Shown here: piece by piece, positions 1 through 9,260 of the stretch
How positions within the stretch are numbered: the stretch's first letter is position 1
Layout: every line of letters starts with the position of its first letter
Assembly: GCF_000392435.1 (NCBI RefSeq)
Contig: NC_021219.1
Location: 450,001-482,000, forward strand
Source of the DNA: Candidatus Saccharimonas aalborgensis
GTDB lineage: Bacteria > Patescibacteriota > Saccharimonadia > Saccharimonadales > Saccharimonadaceae
Direction of reading: 5' to 3'
Length of the DNA: 32,000 bases
Position numbers and translations under genes: made by a program
The notes under the pieces: model-generated
What the model saw: only the letters and a program-made list of their open reading frames with translations
Told to the model about the DNA's origin: nothing
Databases searched by the model: none

Positions 1-708
1 TTCATCAATGCTTGTGTCATAACGATGCTGGCTCATGTAGCGATCCACATCTTCGCGACTCACCCACTGCAAAGCCCGTTCGAGATATTCTTGGCGACGT
101 ATATCGCCTGCGATGTACGAACTCCACTTTTGGACATTGCTATTGTTTGGGTTGCTGAACTCTTCGCGCGCCAGTGTTACAAATGGTCCGCTATACACGG
201 CATTCAAAATCTCTTGCTCATTGAGCGCCACGCCTGCGATGTTGATGGTCTTGAACCAGTCTTTTATTTCCGATTCCTCACCCTCGCAGATATACACAAG
301 CAGTGGCGTTTCCATGATACGACGCTGCATGTCTGCCGCTAGACCGCTAAAATATTGTTGATTTCCGTTGGTATCTTTTGCGGCAAAGAGTCCGCGTACA
401 AACCTTCCTATCGTCGTGATACGCTGCTGGCCATCAAGTACTTCATAGTCGTCATCACCGACTTTGCTAAAGTACAATAGGCCGATCGGATAGCCCTTGA
501 GTAGACTATCGATCACCGCGACGTCCTTCCTGCCGTCACCATAGATGTATCGGCGTTGATACTCCGGCTGGATCGTCAGTCGGCCGTCGAGTCCAAAGAG
601 TCCTTTTTCGTCAAGCTCATTGTACTCAAAACCTTCGACGATATCAGCAACAGTGATGCCTTGCCCAGCATCGGCTTCATCTCGCCTTACCCATAGTGTT
701 GTTTTCAT
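1..708 (-). CDS. DUF262 domain-containing protein (GmrSD/ParB-Srx-like N-terminal domain), partial at left edge
   Basis: Not in ORF track (truncated). Reverse-strand frame from ATG at 708 is open to position 1: [103 protein letters not shown]... The IQPEYQR and DGQQR motifs are typical of DUF262. Confidence 0.88.
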   Translation of the reverse strand, partial: MKTTLWVRRDEADAGQGITVADIVEGFEYNELDEKGLFGLDGRLTIQPEYQRRYIYGDGRKDVAVIDSLLKGYPIGLLYFSKVGDDDYEVLDGQQRITTIGRFVRGLFAAKDTNGNQQYFSGLAADMQRRIMETPLLVYICEGEESEIKDWFKTINIAGVALNEQEILNAVYSGPFVTLAREEFSNPNNSNVQKWSSYIAGDIRRQEYLERALQWVSREDVDRYMSQHRYDTSIDE

Positions 709-1889
709 ACAGCCGCCTTTCTGTGTCGGATTAAGATGCGTTGATAGGGAACGATAGCTTTGCCATCGGTGTCGACGTAGACGGGGTTAATCCAGCCCTG
801 TCGTATCGCTCCTTTGTTACCTTGCTTATAGTAAAGATCGACAAATTCTTTTGTTACACCCCTCCAACCTTTTGGCAGGATATTTGACTGAGGATGACCC
901 ACGATCTCAAATTGCTCCGGCGAGTATTTGTCGAGGAAACTGATGGGTACTCCCATAACGCCATTGTAATCACTGGGAATTGCATCGCTAAACGGCACTT
1001 CAATGGCATCGTAATTGTCGTATTTATCATAAGCATCTCTACCCTGCATTTTTTTGTTGTGTTTCAAATTTTCGGCCATCGTCATGAGTTGCAATGGTTG
1101 GTGACGACGTGCGTGGTCAATGTTTGTGAACCAATTTACATTGCGAAACTTCACGAGTCCCGTCTGTTCATCAAACACTCCTGAGGCAAAATCACGAACA
1201 TTTTCAGAAGGTACCGAAAAATATGCGTTTCCCGCATTAAAACCGTTGCCGAGCCAAATCTTATCTTCCTTGATTAGGGGAAATATTTCTTTATACGTAA
1301 TAGCGTTCATGCTACCAATAATCACAAATTTCTTTTTGTATTCGACGAGCTGCCCTACGTACTCGCGAAACAAACTAAACGGCGGATTTGTCACCACGAT
1401 ATCCGACTGCTCGAGTAGCTCTACACACTCAACACTGCGAAAATCACCGTCGCCCTCGAGCGGGGTCCACTCGTTATGCTTATTTGCTTTGAGTTGCTGA
1501 GCCACGTCCTCGAGATTGAATTGCCCATCGTCATCATAGTCACCCACATCGCTAATGACAAACTTGTTTGCCGTTACCTTTGGCCTGCCTTTTGCTGGAG
1601 TGACGGTGACATCATCGCCAAACAGTCCGAGTTGTGTATTTGCAACGGGGCTTGGCTTGTAGCTCGTCGTGATTAGCTTTTTCAATCCCAGTCGCTTGAA
1701 GTTGAGCACAAAGTATTTGAAAAAGTTGCTCTCAAATGGGTCATCGCAGTTACAATAGACTACTTTGTCACGAAACGTATCGGGATTATACATAAGATAC
1801 GCCCCGATTTCCTTTTGGATGTCGGGATACTGCGTATAAAACTCATCATTTTTGGCCTTTTTGGCGCTAGTGAGGTTTGAGTTCGCCAT
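705..1889 (-). CDS. Adenine-specific DNA methyltransferase, EcoRI (M.EcoRI) family
   Basis: [35 protein letters not shown] and [14 protein letters not shown] (N6-adenine MTase NPPF motif) match the EcoRI methylase family. Stop overlaps the next start (ATGA, 705-708). Confidence 0.92.
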   Translation of the reverse strand: MANSNLTSAKKAKNDEFYTQYPDIQKEIGAYLMYNPDTFRDKVVYCNCDDPFESNFFKYFVLNFKRLGLKKLITTSYKPSPVANTQLGLFGDDVTVTPAKGRPKVTANKFVISDVGDYDDDGQFNLEDVAQQLKANKHNEWTPLEGDGDFRSVECVELLEQSDIVVTNPPFSLFREYVGQLVEYKKKFVIIGSMNAITYKEIFPLIKEDKIWLGNGFNAGNAYFSVPSENVRDFASGVFDEQTGLVKFRNVNWFTNIDHARRHQPLQLMTMAENLKHNKKMQGRDAYDKYDNYDAIEVPFSDAIPSDYNGVMGVPISFLDKYSPEQFEIVGHPQSNILPKGWRGVTKEFVDLYYKQGNKGAIRQGWINPVYVDTDGKAIVPYQRILIRHRKAAV

Positions 1890-1937
1890 AAACTGTAATT
1901 ATTATAGCAACAGTGTTTGTTTTTGGTGAGACCTTAG

Positions 1938-2129
1938 TTAATAAGCAAATTGTTCGGATATGTGACCGTCGTTACCGAGCACATAAACGCTTGAGCGCTG
2001 GTTTTTAGCAATTGTTTTAGCCCTTGCTATTGCTTCGCGTTTGGTGTTATATACGCCAGTTGCTTTTTGAGCATGAAGTCGCCTAACACGCCACCCGTCA
2101 TGACTTTTAGCCACAAAATGTGCATTCAT
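1938..2129 (-). CDS. DUF2188 domain-containing protein (track ORF runs to 2207; internal Met at 2129 more likely)
   Basis: HFVAKSHDGWRVRRLHAQKATGVYNTKREAIARAKTIAKNQRSSVYVLGNDGHI resembles the short DUF2188 fold. Confidence 0.65.
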   Translation of the reverse strand: MNAHFVAKSHDGWRVRRLHAQKATGVYNTKREAIARAKTIAKNQRSSVYVLGNDGHISEQFAY

Positions 2130-2169
2130 ACCCGCGCGTGCTGCATCGACATATTCCTGTACCTGCGGA

Positions 2170-2850
2170 TTATTCGTTGTGGATACCTGTGGAACTATTG
2201 GTAACATAATCTAATATCTCGTTTCTTATCTGTTGTTCAGTATATTGAATACCGCATAAAAACTCAAGTAACATCTGCCTATTAACAAATTTATGATATT
2301 TGAACTCCATTGTGCCACCTTCACGAAACTCCACATACTTGCTGCTAATAACTCTAACTTTAATATCTTCGTGACATTGCACAATTTCGTAGGCAGTTTG
2401 GCGAGAACTAGAGTGAGTACGATAAAAGTGGCTAATATCGTATTTACGCTGACGGTTAAGAAACACTCCGAACGCAACAATCAAACTCTCGGGTAACACA
2501 AGATGTAATTCGATCTTTTTTTGCTGCTTGATCGCTTTTTCGATTTTTATTTCGGCACCTCTCGTTGTTGGTAGTGTTCCGTCTAGGATTATCGCGCGAG
2601 TGGACGTAAGGTATGTCGCGACATACTCACTTTTTCCTGATGCAGCGCCGCCCGCAAGTAGAATGACTTTTCTTTCAGAGCGACGTTTAACGGCTTCATC
2701 ATACATTTTGTCCGCCATTTTTGCGGAAGCTTGATGAAACTGATCCGAATGCGCTGGGTCATATCCCTCAATATCCTTTTTTATTTCATCGGCTGCGATA
2801 ACATACGCCACGGATTTACTCACTCTCGTCCATGCGTCGACGACGCTCAT
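2170..2850 (-). CDS. P-loop NTPase, zeta-toxin/AAA kinase-like (track start 2961; likely start at Met 2850)
   Basis: Walker A GGAASGKSEYV; N-terminal helical region as in zeta-like kinases; starts inside the end of the upstream ORF. Confidence 0.6.
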   Translation of the reverse strand: MSVVDAWTRVSKSVAYVIAADEIKKDIEGYDPAHSDQFHQASAKMADKMYDEAVKRRSERKVILLAGGAASGKSEYVATYLTSTRAIILDGTLPTTRGAEIKIEKAIKQQKKIELHLVLPESLIVAFGVFLNRQRKYDISHFYRTHSSSRQTAYEIVQCHEDIKVRVISSKYVEFREGGTMEFKYHKFVNRQMLLEFLCGIQYTEQQIRNEILDYVTNSSTGIHNE

Positions 2851-3427
2851 CAAGAGTTTCCCCCTCGTATGACCAATGCGCAGTGCCCGATACAACATTG
2901 CGGTAGCCAAGCACTTCCTGTGCGGCGGCAGAAAGACTCGTTGGGCGACCGTTGAACTCAATACTTTCTGAACCTGTGCGGCCGATCACGCGCGCGGTAA
3001 TCGTATTATCGCGGCTGAAATGCAACTCAGCGCCAAGGGGAATATTTACCATGTCAAAATTAAATCGACCGCGCCGCTCACGGGCTTCGTCGAGAGCACG
3101 TTGGTCTTCGGGTGAATCAACGATGTCGTGACCAGGCGTAATGTCTTCGATCTGTGCAAGCTTGAGGGCCGCTACCACGCGTTCTGGGTCGATCGCAAAA
3201 AACTCGCGTTTCGGATTGACACGATTGTCACCAAACGCATCATGCAACTGCCGCTCCACAAATGTCGCATTAGCAACGGTACATGCATAATGAGGGGTGA
3301 ATGGCATCGGTACACTCGTCGATGCGCTCAGCTCGCGGATTCGCTGCTCAAGATTAGTGCTTGTCTTGCCGATCTTTACATACCCCGGCATTGCTTCATT
3401 TGTTAATACATAGATAATATCGCTCAT
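2816..3427 (-). CDS. GIY-YIG nuclease family protein (T5orf172/Bacteriophage T5 Orf172-like)
   Basis: IIYVLTNEAMPGYVKIGKTSTNLEQRIRELSASTSVPMPF...VERQLHDAFGDNRVNPKREFFAIDPERV is the typical T5orf172/GIY-YIG layout. Confidence 0.88.
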   Translation of the reverse strand: MSDIIYVLTNEAMPGYVKIGKTSTNLEQRIRELSASTSVPMPFTPHYACTVANATFVERQLHDAFGDNRVNPKREFFAIDPERVVAALKLAQIEDITPGHDIVDSPEDQRALDEARERRGRFNFDMVNIPLGAELHFSRDNTITARVIGRTGSESIEFNGRPTSLSAAAQEVLGYRNVVSGTAHWSYEGETLDERRRRMDESE

Positions 3428-3511
3428 ATGTTTTCAGTATACTGCGCTACGAACACATTTGATATCATTGCGTCACCAAACAGATTCGGCAATCACTGCT
3501 ACAATATCTCT

Positions 3512-3826
3512 ATGATGCAAACTCGCGTTTCTAGCGGAACAGTTCACCAACTTACTCCCGATATACAAAAGGTGCTGTTAAGCAATACCCGTGCGCTCGC
3601 AGCATGGCAAGACATCACCCCACTCGCGCGCAATGAATTCATCTGCTGGATTACCGATGCTAAAAAGCCCGAAACTCGTGCTAAGCGCATCCGTGTAGCA
3701 ATCGATAAACTCTCACGCGGCGAGCGCCGACCATGCTGCTGGATTGGCTGTACTCACCGTACCGACAAGCCGATGAGCCCTACCCAAAAATGGGCTCTCG
3801 ATAAGACACGTTCGCCAAAGAAGTAA
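3512..3826 (+). CDS. YdeI/OmpD-associated family protein (bacteriocin-protection OmdA-like)
   Basis: VLLSNTRALAAWQDITPLARNEFICWITDAKKPETRAKRIRVAIDKLSRGERRPCCW; probable start at Met 3512 within track ORF 3428-3826. Confidence 0.72.
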   Translation: MMQTRVSSGTVHQLTPDIQKVLLSNTRALAAWQDITPLARNEFICWITDAKKPETRAKRIRVAIDKLSRGERRPCCWIGCTHRTDKPMSPTQKWALDKTRSPKK

Positions 3827-3849
3827 GAACTTTATTAACACACGGCTAG

Positions 3850-4620
3850 CTATGTCTTGCTCTCAAAATTTTGCCCCATAACCTCATGTACATCGCTGAT
3901 AACTACAAAAGCGCGTGGGTCACAAGTGGCAACCACTGCTTTTAGTTTTTGTTCTTCGATGCGAGTAATCACCGACAAAATCACGCCATTTGATACAATT
4001 CCATCAACGCTACGACCGTTGACATACGTTACTTTTCTACCGAGTTCTTGTCGTATAGCCTCACCGATTTCCAAGTATTTATTGCTCACTATCCAGACCG
4101 ACTTTGACTGGTCGAGTCCCTCTGCCGTGATATCCATGGCTTTGTAGGCAACGGCATATGCGACCAATGAGTACATAGCTCTATCCCAACCGAACACAAA
4201 TCCTGCGACTCCAAGAATAAGCAAATTCATAGCCATTATCAGTTCACCTACGGAAAATGGAGATTTTTTCTCCGCCAATATTGCGACGATTTCTGTGCCA
4301 TCCAGCGTGCCCCCATAACGAATAACGACGCCCGACCCTATCCCGATAGCTAACCCGCCAAAGATAGCCGCAAGTATGGGTTCAGTTGTTGCGGCTGAAC
4401 TACTATGAAATAGGCCGGTCATAAGTGACATAAATAGTAAACCCACACTCGACGAGATAGCAAATATGCTGCCTAACTTTTTATAGCCTAAATATATGAA
4501 AGGTGCGTTTAGACAGAGTAGGAAAAAGCCGATGGGCAGCCCAGTAACATGTGTAGCAATAATTGAAATGCCGACAACCCCACCATCAGTCAGGTGATTT
4601 GGTATCAAGAACGCCTGCAA
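3850..4620 (-). CDS. YitT family membrane protein (DUF161/DUF2179)
   Basis: GTDIxxxYGGTLDGTEIVAIL-like segment, multiple TM helices, C-terminal NGVILSVITRIEEQKLKAVVATCDPRAFVVISDVHEVMGQNF (DUF2179-like). Confidence 0.85.
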   Translation of the reverse strand: MQAFLIPNHLTDGGVVGISIIATHVTGLPIGFFLLCLNAPFIYLGYKKLGSIFAISSSVGLLFMSLMTGLFHSSSAATTEPILAAIFGGLAIGIGSGVVIRYGGTLDGTEIVAILAEKKSPFSVGELIMAMNLLILGVAGFVFGWDRAMYSLVAYAVAYKAMDITAEGLDQSKSVWIVSNKYLEIGEAIRQELGRKVTYVNGRSVDGIVSNGVILSVITRIEEQKLKAVVATCDPRAFVVISDVHEVMGQNFESKT

Positions 4621-4772
4621 TCCCAGAGTAGCAACAGCTGCGCCCGATGCGATACTGGCGCTACGTCTTACTATCTTGCCTATATCTCGATGTGCAATTA
4701 CTGCTTCTCTTTTTTTGGCTTTTTGATTTCTTTTCTTCCTTTATCTTTTGCCATGATTTCTCCTTTGGTTAG

Positions 4773-5267
4773 TTAATACGGACATTCTTTGGTCACACTA
4801 GACATTTCCAGCCGCTGGTCTCCGTAGACGACGGCATGGGTTGTCCAGTACGGTTTGCTTTCGGGTATCTCGGTGGAGCTACCTGGCCTTGGGGGACGCA
4901 AGCGACCGATCCACATATCGGTAAGATCATAACTCCCATCCTGATTCCAGATAAGCTGTATCGACAGGTAATGAGTTGTCTCTGGCTTGGCGTTTTTGAC
5001 TAAACGTGTAAAGATATCGTCTTTGAAAAGACGTCCGTAGAAAACAGTACTTTCATCTGTCGTTGCGATGACAGTACTATACCCTATCGACCTTTGCATA
5101 TTATATTCCATGGCAGTATCCGTGCTGGGTGGTGCTAGGTATGCAAGCATTTCCTTTGCCAAAAAATAGAGGTGGGGTTGATATGCGATTTGCTTGCCTG
5201 CTTCTGAGCCTATCAGCTCAACGTATACTTCTCTGCCACTAGCAGTCTGCCCTATGAGATGCTTCAT
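4773..5267 (-). CDS. Hypothetical protein (164 aa), adjacent to ATP-grasp gene
   Basis: Open reading frame co-directional with the 5282-6073 gene, 14 bp apart; no recognised family. Confidence 0.6.
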   Translation of the reverse strand: MKHLIGQTASGREVYVELIGSEAGKQIAYQPHLYFLAKEMLAYLAPPSTDTAMEYNMQRSIGYSTVIATTDESTVFYGRLFKDDIFTRLVKNAKPETTHYLSIQLIWNQDGSYDLTDMWIGRLRPPRPGSSTEIPESKPYWTTHAVVYGDQRLEMSSVTKECPY

Positions 5268-5281
5268 GGTTATCCCCTTTC

Positions 5282-6073
5282 TTACGTCCGTACATGAGAA
5301 GCGGCTGGCGAGCCAGCTGCCGTAGAAGTTTCAGCACGCCTATCATCCAACATCGCCCGCAAAAATAGATGCGCAACATCCACCACCGGCCCGCTGGTTG
5401 GCGCATGAAACCATTTCATCCCCGGAGAGCTATTTACTTCCAGAATACGTGCTTTTCCGTCCGGCCCGACGATGAAATCAATTGCAGCAAACCGCAAACC
5501 AAACACTTTCGCGATCTCGATAGATAAAGAGACTAACGTACGATCCCACTTGCTATGAGAGTACGATATCCTTTTCAGAGGGCGGTCCTCTGCGACAGAC
5601 TGACCATACTGGCTCTCATGAACTCCGATAATCTCACCGTTCAGAAGCAAATAGCGTAGTTCTCTACCGGGTGCATATTCTTCTAGTATATATTTTCCGA
5701 TGTCAAAGGTATCCAGCTGTTTGGATGACTCTACGATATGCACGTCACGTGAATTGCTGCCTTTGATAGGCTTAACGACAATTTTTTTGTGCGTTGCTAA
5801 GAAAGTTTGGGCACCTGTCCGGTCTGTCGGAACAAGGTGAGACATAGTTGGAAAACCCCTGCGCGCCAGCACGAGCCTCGCAGCGTTTTTGTTGCCAACC
5901 ATACTACTGCTCAACTGTGAATTCATAGAACTAATCGAGTAATTGATGTACCGTTCACTGCCGTCGACTTGGATAGCAAATATTGAGCCGTCTTCAAGCC
6001 ACTCTGGATGCAGGCTCATCTTTTCAGCTGCCCTAAACAATAGCTCAGCAGAGCAAAGCTTCTTACTATTCAT
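5282..6073 (-). CDS. ATP-grasp domain protein, RimK/LysX-like
   Basis: IVVKPIKGSNSRDVHIV, YILEEYAPGRELRYLLLNGEIIG, FAAIDFIVGPDGKARILEVNSSPGMKWF are ATP-grasp ligase signatures. Confidence 0.85.
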   Translation of the reverse strand: MNSKKLCSAELLFRAAEKMSLHPEWLEDGSIFAIQVDGSERYINYSISSMNSQLSSSMVGNKNAARLVLARRGFPTMSHLVPTDRTGAQTFLATHKKIVVKPIKGSNSRDVHIVESSKQLDTFDIGKYILEEYAPGRELRYLLLNGEIIGVHESQYGQSVAEDRPLKRISYSHSKWDRTLVSLSIEIAKVFGLRFAAIDFIVGPDGKARILEVNSSPGMKWFHAPTSGPVVDVAHLFLRAMLDDRRAETSTAAGSPAASHVRT

Positions 6074-6090
6074 ATATGTCTTTCTATTAG

Positions 6091-6396
6091 TTAGCGACGA
6101 CCAAAGCCACCACGATAGTTTCCGCCACCCTGTGGACGTGGGCGATCTTCGCGCGGCTTCGCGACATTCACCACAATGGTACGCTCTTCAAAGTCTTTGC
6201 CGTCGAGTGTTTCGATCGCTTTTTGCGCGTCGGCATCGTTTTCCATTTCGACGAATCCAAACCCGCGCGAGCGGCCAGTTTCTCGATCAGTAGCGACTTC
6301 CGCACTCACCACGGTGCCAAACTGCGCGAACAGCGCGTTTAAGCTGTCGTTGGTGGTATTGAAAGACAATTTGCCTACATATAATTTTGTTGCCAT
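6091..6396 (-). CDS. RNA recognition motif (RRM) protein with glycine/arginine-rich tail
   Basis: RNP2 KLYVGKLSF and RNP1 SRGFGFVEM; C-terminus PRGGGNYRGGFGRR. Confidence 0.95.
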   Translation of the reverse strand: MATKLYVGKLSFNTTNDSLNALFAQFGTVVSAEVATDRETGRSRGFGFVEMENDADAQKAIETLDGKDFEERTIVVNVAKPREDRPRPQGGGNYRGGFGRR

Positions 6397-6572
6397 GAGT
6401 ACATGAACCTTTCTATCAGCTAATATTGTGCGAGATAGGGTCTAGTGCAGTAGCCGAGAATAAAATGAGTTTGGTGCCACACTTGTACGCTTGGTTAAGG
6501 AGTAGAATAACTTGCTATCACTAGTATATCAGACAATCGAAAAATATGCTATGTCAACAACTTGCTAGACTA

Positions 6573-7343
6573 TTAGTTCGGGATTAGCGTGTTGGCAAAG
6601 ATCTGAATCGCCAGTGCTGCTTTGGCAGTGAAGCTTAGTACGATATACGCACGCTCACCGCGCAAATAGTCTTTCCACTTTCCGAGTGCTCGGTACTGCT
6701 TGTACTGAACCAGTGCGAATGAATTAAACAGAAGGAATATCGACACAATAATACCGTAGACAAATGCTGGCGGTGTGGCGTCAGACGGCGAGTTGGGCGA
6801 TAGTACCGAAATAAGCACGATAAGCCACGGCACGATTCCTGCAATACAACCAAATATAAAGGGCAGCCATTCACGTGAGCCTGGACGCGTATACTTTTCT
6901 TGCAGCCAGCCGAACAAGATCATCGATACATTTACCCCAGCTATGCCGAGAAGCGCGCCATAATCACTAATCCCCGTAATCTGCGCGATAAGCAAAATCA
7001 TCAGTGTCGAGCTGATCGAATATTCGACCCAACGAAACACGTTGATCGTGTTACCAAGACCTTTGATATAGCGCTGGAAAAACACTTTCGACGCGACCAG
7101 CACGTGGAAAAGCGCCGACAATCCTAGGAACAGCGCCACGGCGTAACCTACCCGCACATTAAACAACGTGATTGGGTCTGTAAACACCGACCCCGGGGGT
7201 CCCGCTAAGTACGTCGCTGTCACAGGCAACGAAAATGAGTTTGAATAATACAGCACAAACAGCGCCAGCGCCAGATGAAACGCCGCTGCCGCAATATTTA
7301 GTTTTCGAAGTGACTGTTTTGATGCATGTGAGATGTTCGTCAT
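6573..7343 (-). CDS. Heliorhodopsin
   Basis: Seven hydrophobic segments; FRWVEYSISSTLMILLIA (TM3 E-Y-S-SS motif) and SFTAKAALAIQIFANTL (TM7 retinal-Schiff-base Lys context). Confidence 0.93.
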   Translation of the reverse strand: MTNISHASKQSLRKLNIAAAAFHLALALFVLYYSNSFSLPVTATYLAGPPGSVFTDPITLFNVRVGYAVALFLGLSALFHVLVASKVFFQRYIKGLGNTINVFRWVEYSISSTLMILLIAQITGISDYGALLGIAGVNVSMILFGWLQEKYTRPGSREWLPFIFGCIAGIVPWLIVLISVLSPNSPSDATPPAFVYGIIVSIFLLFNSFALVQYKQYRALGKWKDYLRGERAYIVLSFTAKAALAIQIFANTLIPN

Positions 7344-7368
7344 GATCTAATAATAGCATAAACTATTT

Positions 7369-7387
7369 GTTGCACCGACTATGCAAC
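7369..7387. promoter_or_regulatory. Perfect inverted repeat GTTGCA-N7-TGCAAC upstream of heliorhodopsin
   Basis: GTTGCA 7369-7374 / TGCAAC 7382-7387, 26 bp upstream of the heliorhodopsin start codon. Confidence 0.3.
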
Positions 7388-7502
7388 CATGGCTGGAGCG
7401 CGGCGAACATACGCCTTGCATATGCTTTTCGCGATACAATTGGCTACCCGTATTCTATTGCTCCAGACTTAGAGTATAGATTCTGTAATATCATAGTATG
7501 CG

Positions 7503-8129
7503 TTAGCACATATCGCGAAATTTAGCGTATTGTCTAAACGTAAAATCTGCCTTGCAATGGCCGGTGTCTACAGATAGCACATTAAGTCCCCTTAGCGCCA
7601 ATATGTCCGCAGCTTTGCCGAGTTTGCGTTGATAGTGCGAGAGAAAGAATGGCGAATTAAATCCCCAAAACTCTTCACCCACAACACCGGAACGCTGGCG
7701 TTCACGTATGCGCTGTCCAATTATCGCATCAGCGGCAAACACATGAACAATAATGTCAGGCACCACACCGTTCTTTGTTTCATCGTTTAGCCACTGATCG
7801 ACGATCGTATGAGTAGCTGTGTAGGGTTCGCCAATACATTGACGCATAGCACCGTGAGACAATAACGTAATAAGCAGCGAATTTGTGGTGATAAGGTTAC
7901 CTTTGATAGAGGCTTGCGCTTGTTGCTCAGCGCGCTCTAGCGACAAGTAGAACGCTTCGCGATCGTTAATAAATGGCGCGTCGATGACTCTGCCCGTATT
8001 TGCTTGCTTAAAGGCAAGTGCCTCAACCGCAGTGCTTGATTCTACAGTATAATCGCCATACTTTTCGTAGATAGCCCGAACAAGCGTCGACTTGCCAGAG
8101 GCATCACAACCCATCACAAGAGTCTTCAC
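7503..8129 (-). CDS. P-loop kinase (thymidylate/deoxynucleoside kinase-like)
   Basis: MKTLVMGCDASGKSTLVRAI Walker A; PDIIVHVFAADAIIGQRIRERQRSG LID-like region. Confidence 0.65.
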   Translation of the reverse strand: MKTLVMGCDASGKSTLVRAIYEKYGDYTVESSTAVEALAFKQANTGRVIDAPFINDREAFYLSLERAEQQAQASIKGNLITTNSLLITLLSHGAMRQCIGEPYTATHTIVDQWLNDETKNGVVPDIIVHVFAADAIIGQRIRERQRSGVVGEEFWGFNSPFFLSHYQRKLGKAADILALRGLNVLSVDTGHCKADFTFRQYAKFRDMC

Positions 8130-8740
8130 CGTCCCTCGTCCACGCCATCTAGCAAGTGATTGATTTGTGCAACTACTGCACCGGGGTTACCAGTATATAA
8201 AATTGCCCGTACGCCCGCTTTCAATGCGTTATCAATATCCATTTCCTGGTTGTCACCTATATGAACAATCTCATTTGGTTTTACGCCCCACTCCCTAGCG
8301 ATCGCGCCAAAGACATCGGCGGTTTTCCCTCCAGTCGAAAAATCGTCAACGCAGGAATATATTTTATTAAAGTACTGCTTGTTCAGCCCAAGCTCGTAAT
8401 CTATGAACCGGTTCGTCGTTGTCGAAAGTAGCACAACCGGCAGTGAAAGGCCTGCAATATATTCAATAAGCAGTTTCTCTACGCGAGGCTGCGGCACTAT
8501 ATGCGTTATGATATCGGCTGTTGAAAATCCTAGCTCGGCCCCCCAATATGCGTCATCGTAGTAGCGTAGGTCGTACTTGCCCATCGCTTTGAACATATCT
8601 CCCAGCGATCGTTTTGCTACCGCAACATCAACATTGTGCCTTTTCGCATATAGTTTTGGTAGCTCTTCCAACCAAAATGTATCCGAAAACGTTGCGTCAG
8701 ATACCACGCCCTGCAAGTCAAAGCTAATCAACCGTATCAT
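8126..8740 (-). CDS. HAD family hydrolase
   Basis: ISFDLQGVV (motif I), LLSTTTN, VVHIGDNQEMDIDNALKAGVRAILYTG (motif IV region). Confidence 0.85.
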   Translation of the reverse strand: MIRLISFDLQGVVSDATFSDTFWLEELPKLYAKRHNVDVAVAKRSLGDMFKAMGKYDLRYYDDAYWGAELGFSTADIITHIVPQPRVEKLLIEYIAGLSLPVVLLSTTTNRFIDYELGLNKQYFNKIYSCVDDFSTGGKTADVFGAIAREWGVKPNEIVHIGDNQEMDIDNALKAGVRAILYTGNPGAVVAQINHLLDGVDEGR

Positions 8741-9260
8741 ACTTTTTTCTTATCCTTACCAGTGACAGTATGTCGTAGCCTGCAAGCTCTTCGCGACCGC
8801 CAAGATATTCGAGCTCAGTGACATATGCGAGGCCAGCCACAACACCACCACTCTTTTCGATAAGTGAAATAGCCGCCTTACTCGCTCCGCTACCCGCCAT
8901 AATGTCATATACCACCACTATCCGCTCCTTTGGCAACACTGCATCGGCCTTAATCACATATTCGCCCGTACCATATTCCTTGACAAATTCTTGGCTGTAA
9001 ACCTCGCCAGGTACCAGATTGGGCTTTCGAATAAGGACCATCGGGACCTGTAGCTCGTGGGCTAATATGGCACCCAAAGTGAAACCCTTTGATTCAATAG
9101 CGGCGATTGCATCAATTTTCTTATCACGCAAAAACTCTTTTATTTCTTGGATGGCAGTATTCCTGGCATGAACGTCTTTCAGCAAATAGCTAAAATCCCA
9201 GAATAGCACCCCTTCCTTTGGAAAATCTGGGTAACATCTCACCAAGGACCTGTAGTTCAT
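8724..9260 (-). CDS. Adenine phosphoribosyltransferase-like type I PRTase
   Basis: FPKEGVLFWDFSYLLKD, AIAAIESKGFTLGAILAHELQVPMVLIRKPNLVPGE, ERIVVVYDIMAGSGASKAA; Apt-like. The PRPP motif departs from the usual DDxxxTGGT. Confidence 0.85.
   Translation of the reverse strand: MNYRSLVRCYPDFPKEGVLFWDFSYLLKDVHARNTAIQEIKEFLRDKKIDAIAAIESKGFTLGAILAHELQVPMVLIRKPNLVPGEVYSQEFVKEYGTGEYVIKADAVLPKERIVVVYDIMAGSGASKAAISLIEKSGGVVAGLAYVTELEYLGGREELAGYDILSLVRIRKKYDTVD

Noticed and set aside
25-361. Plus-strand ORFs 25-342 and 113-361
   Set aside because: Opposite strand of the open DUF262 frame (1-708), which has clear family motifs.
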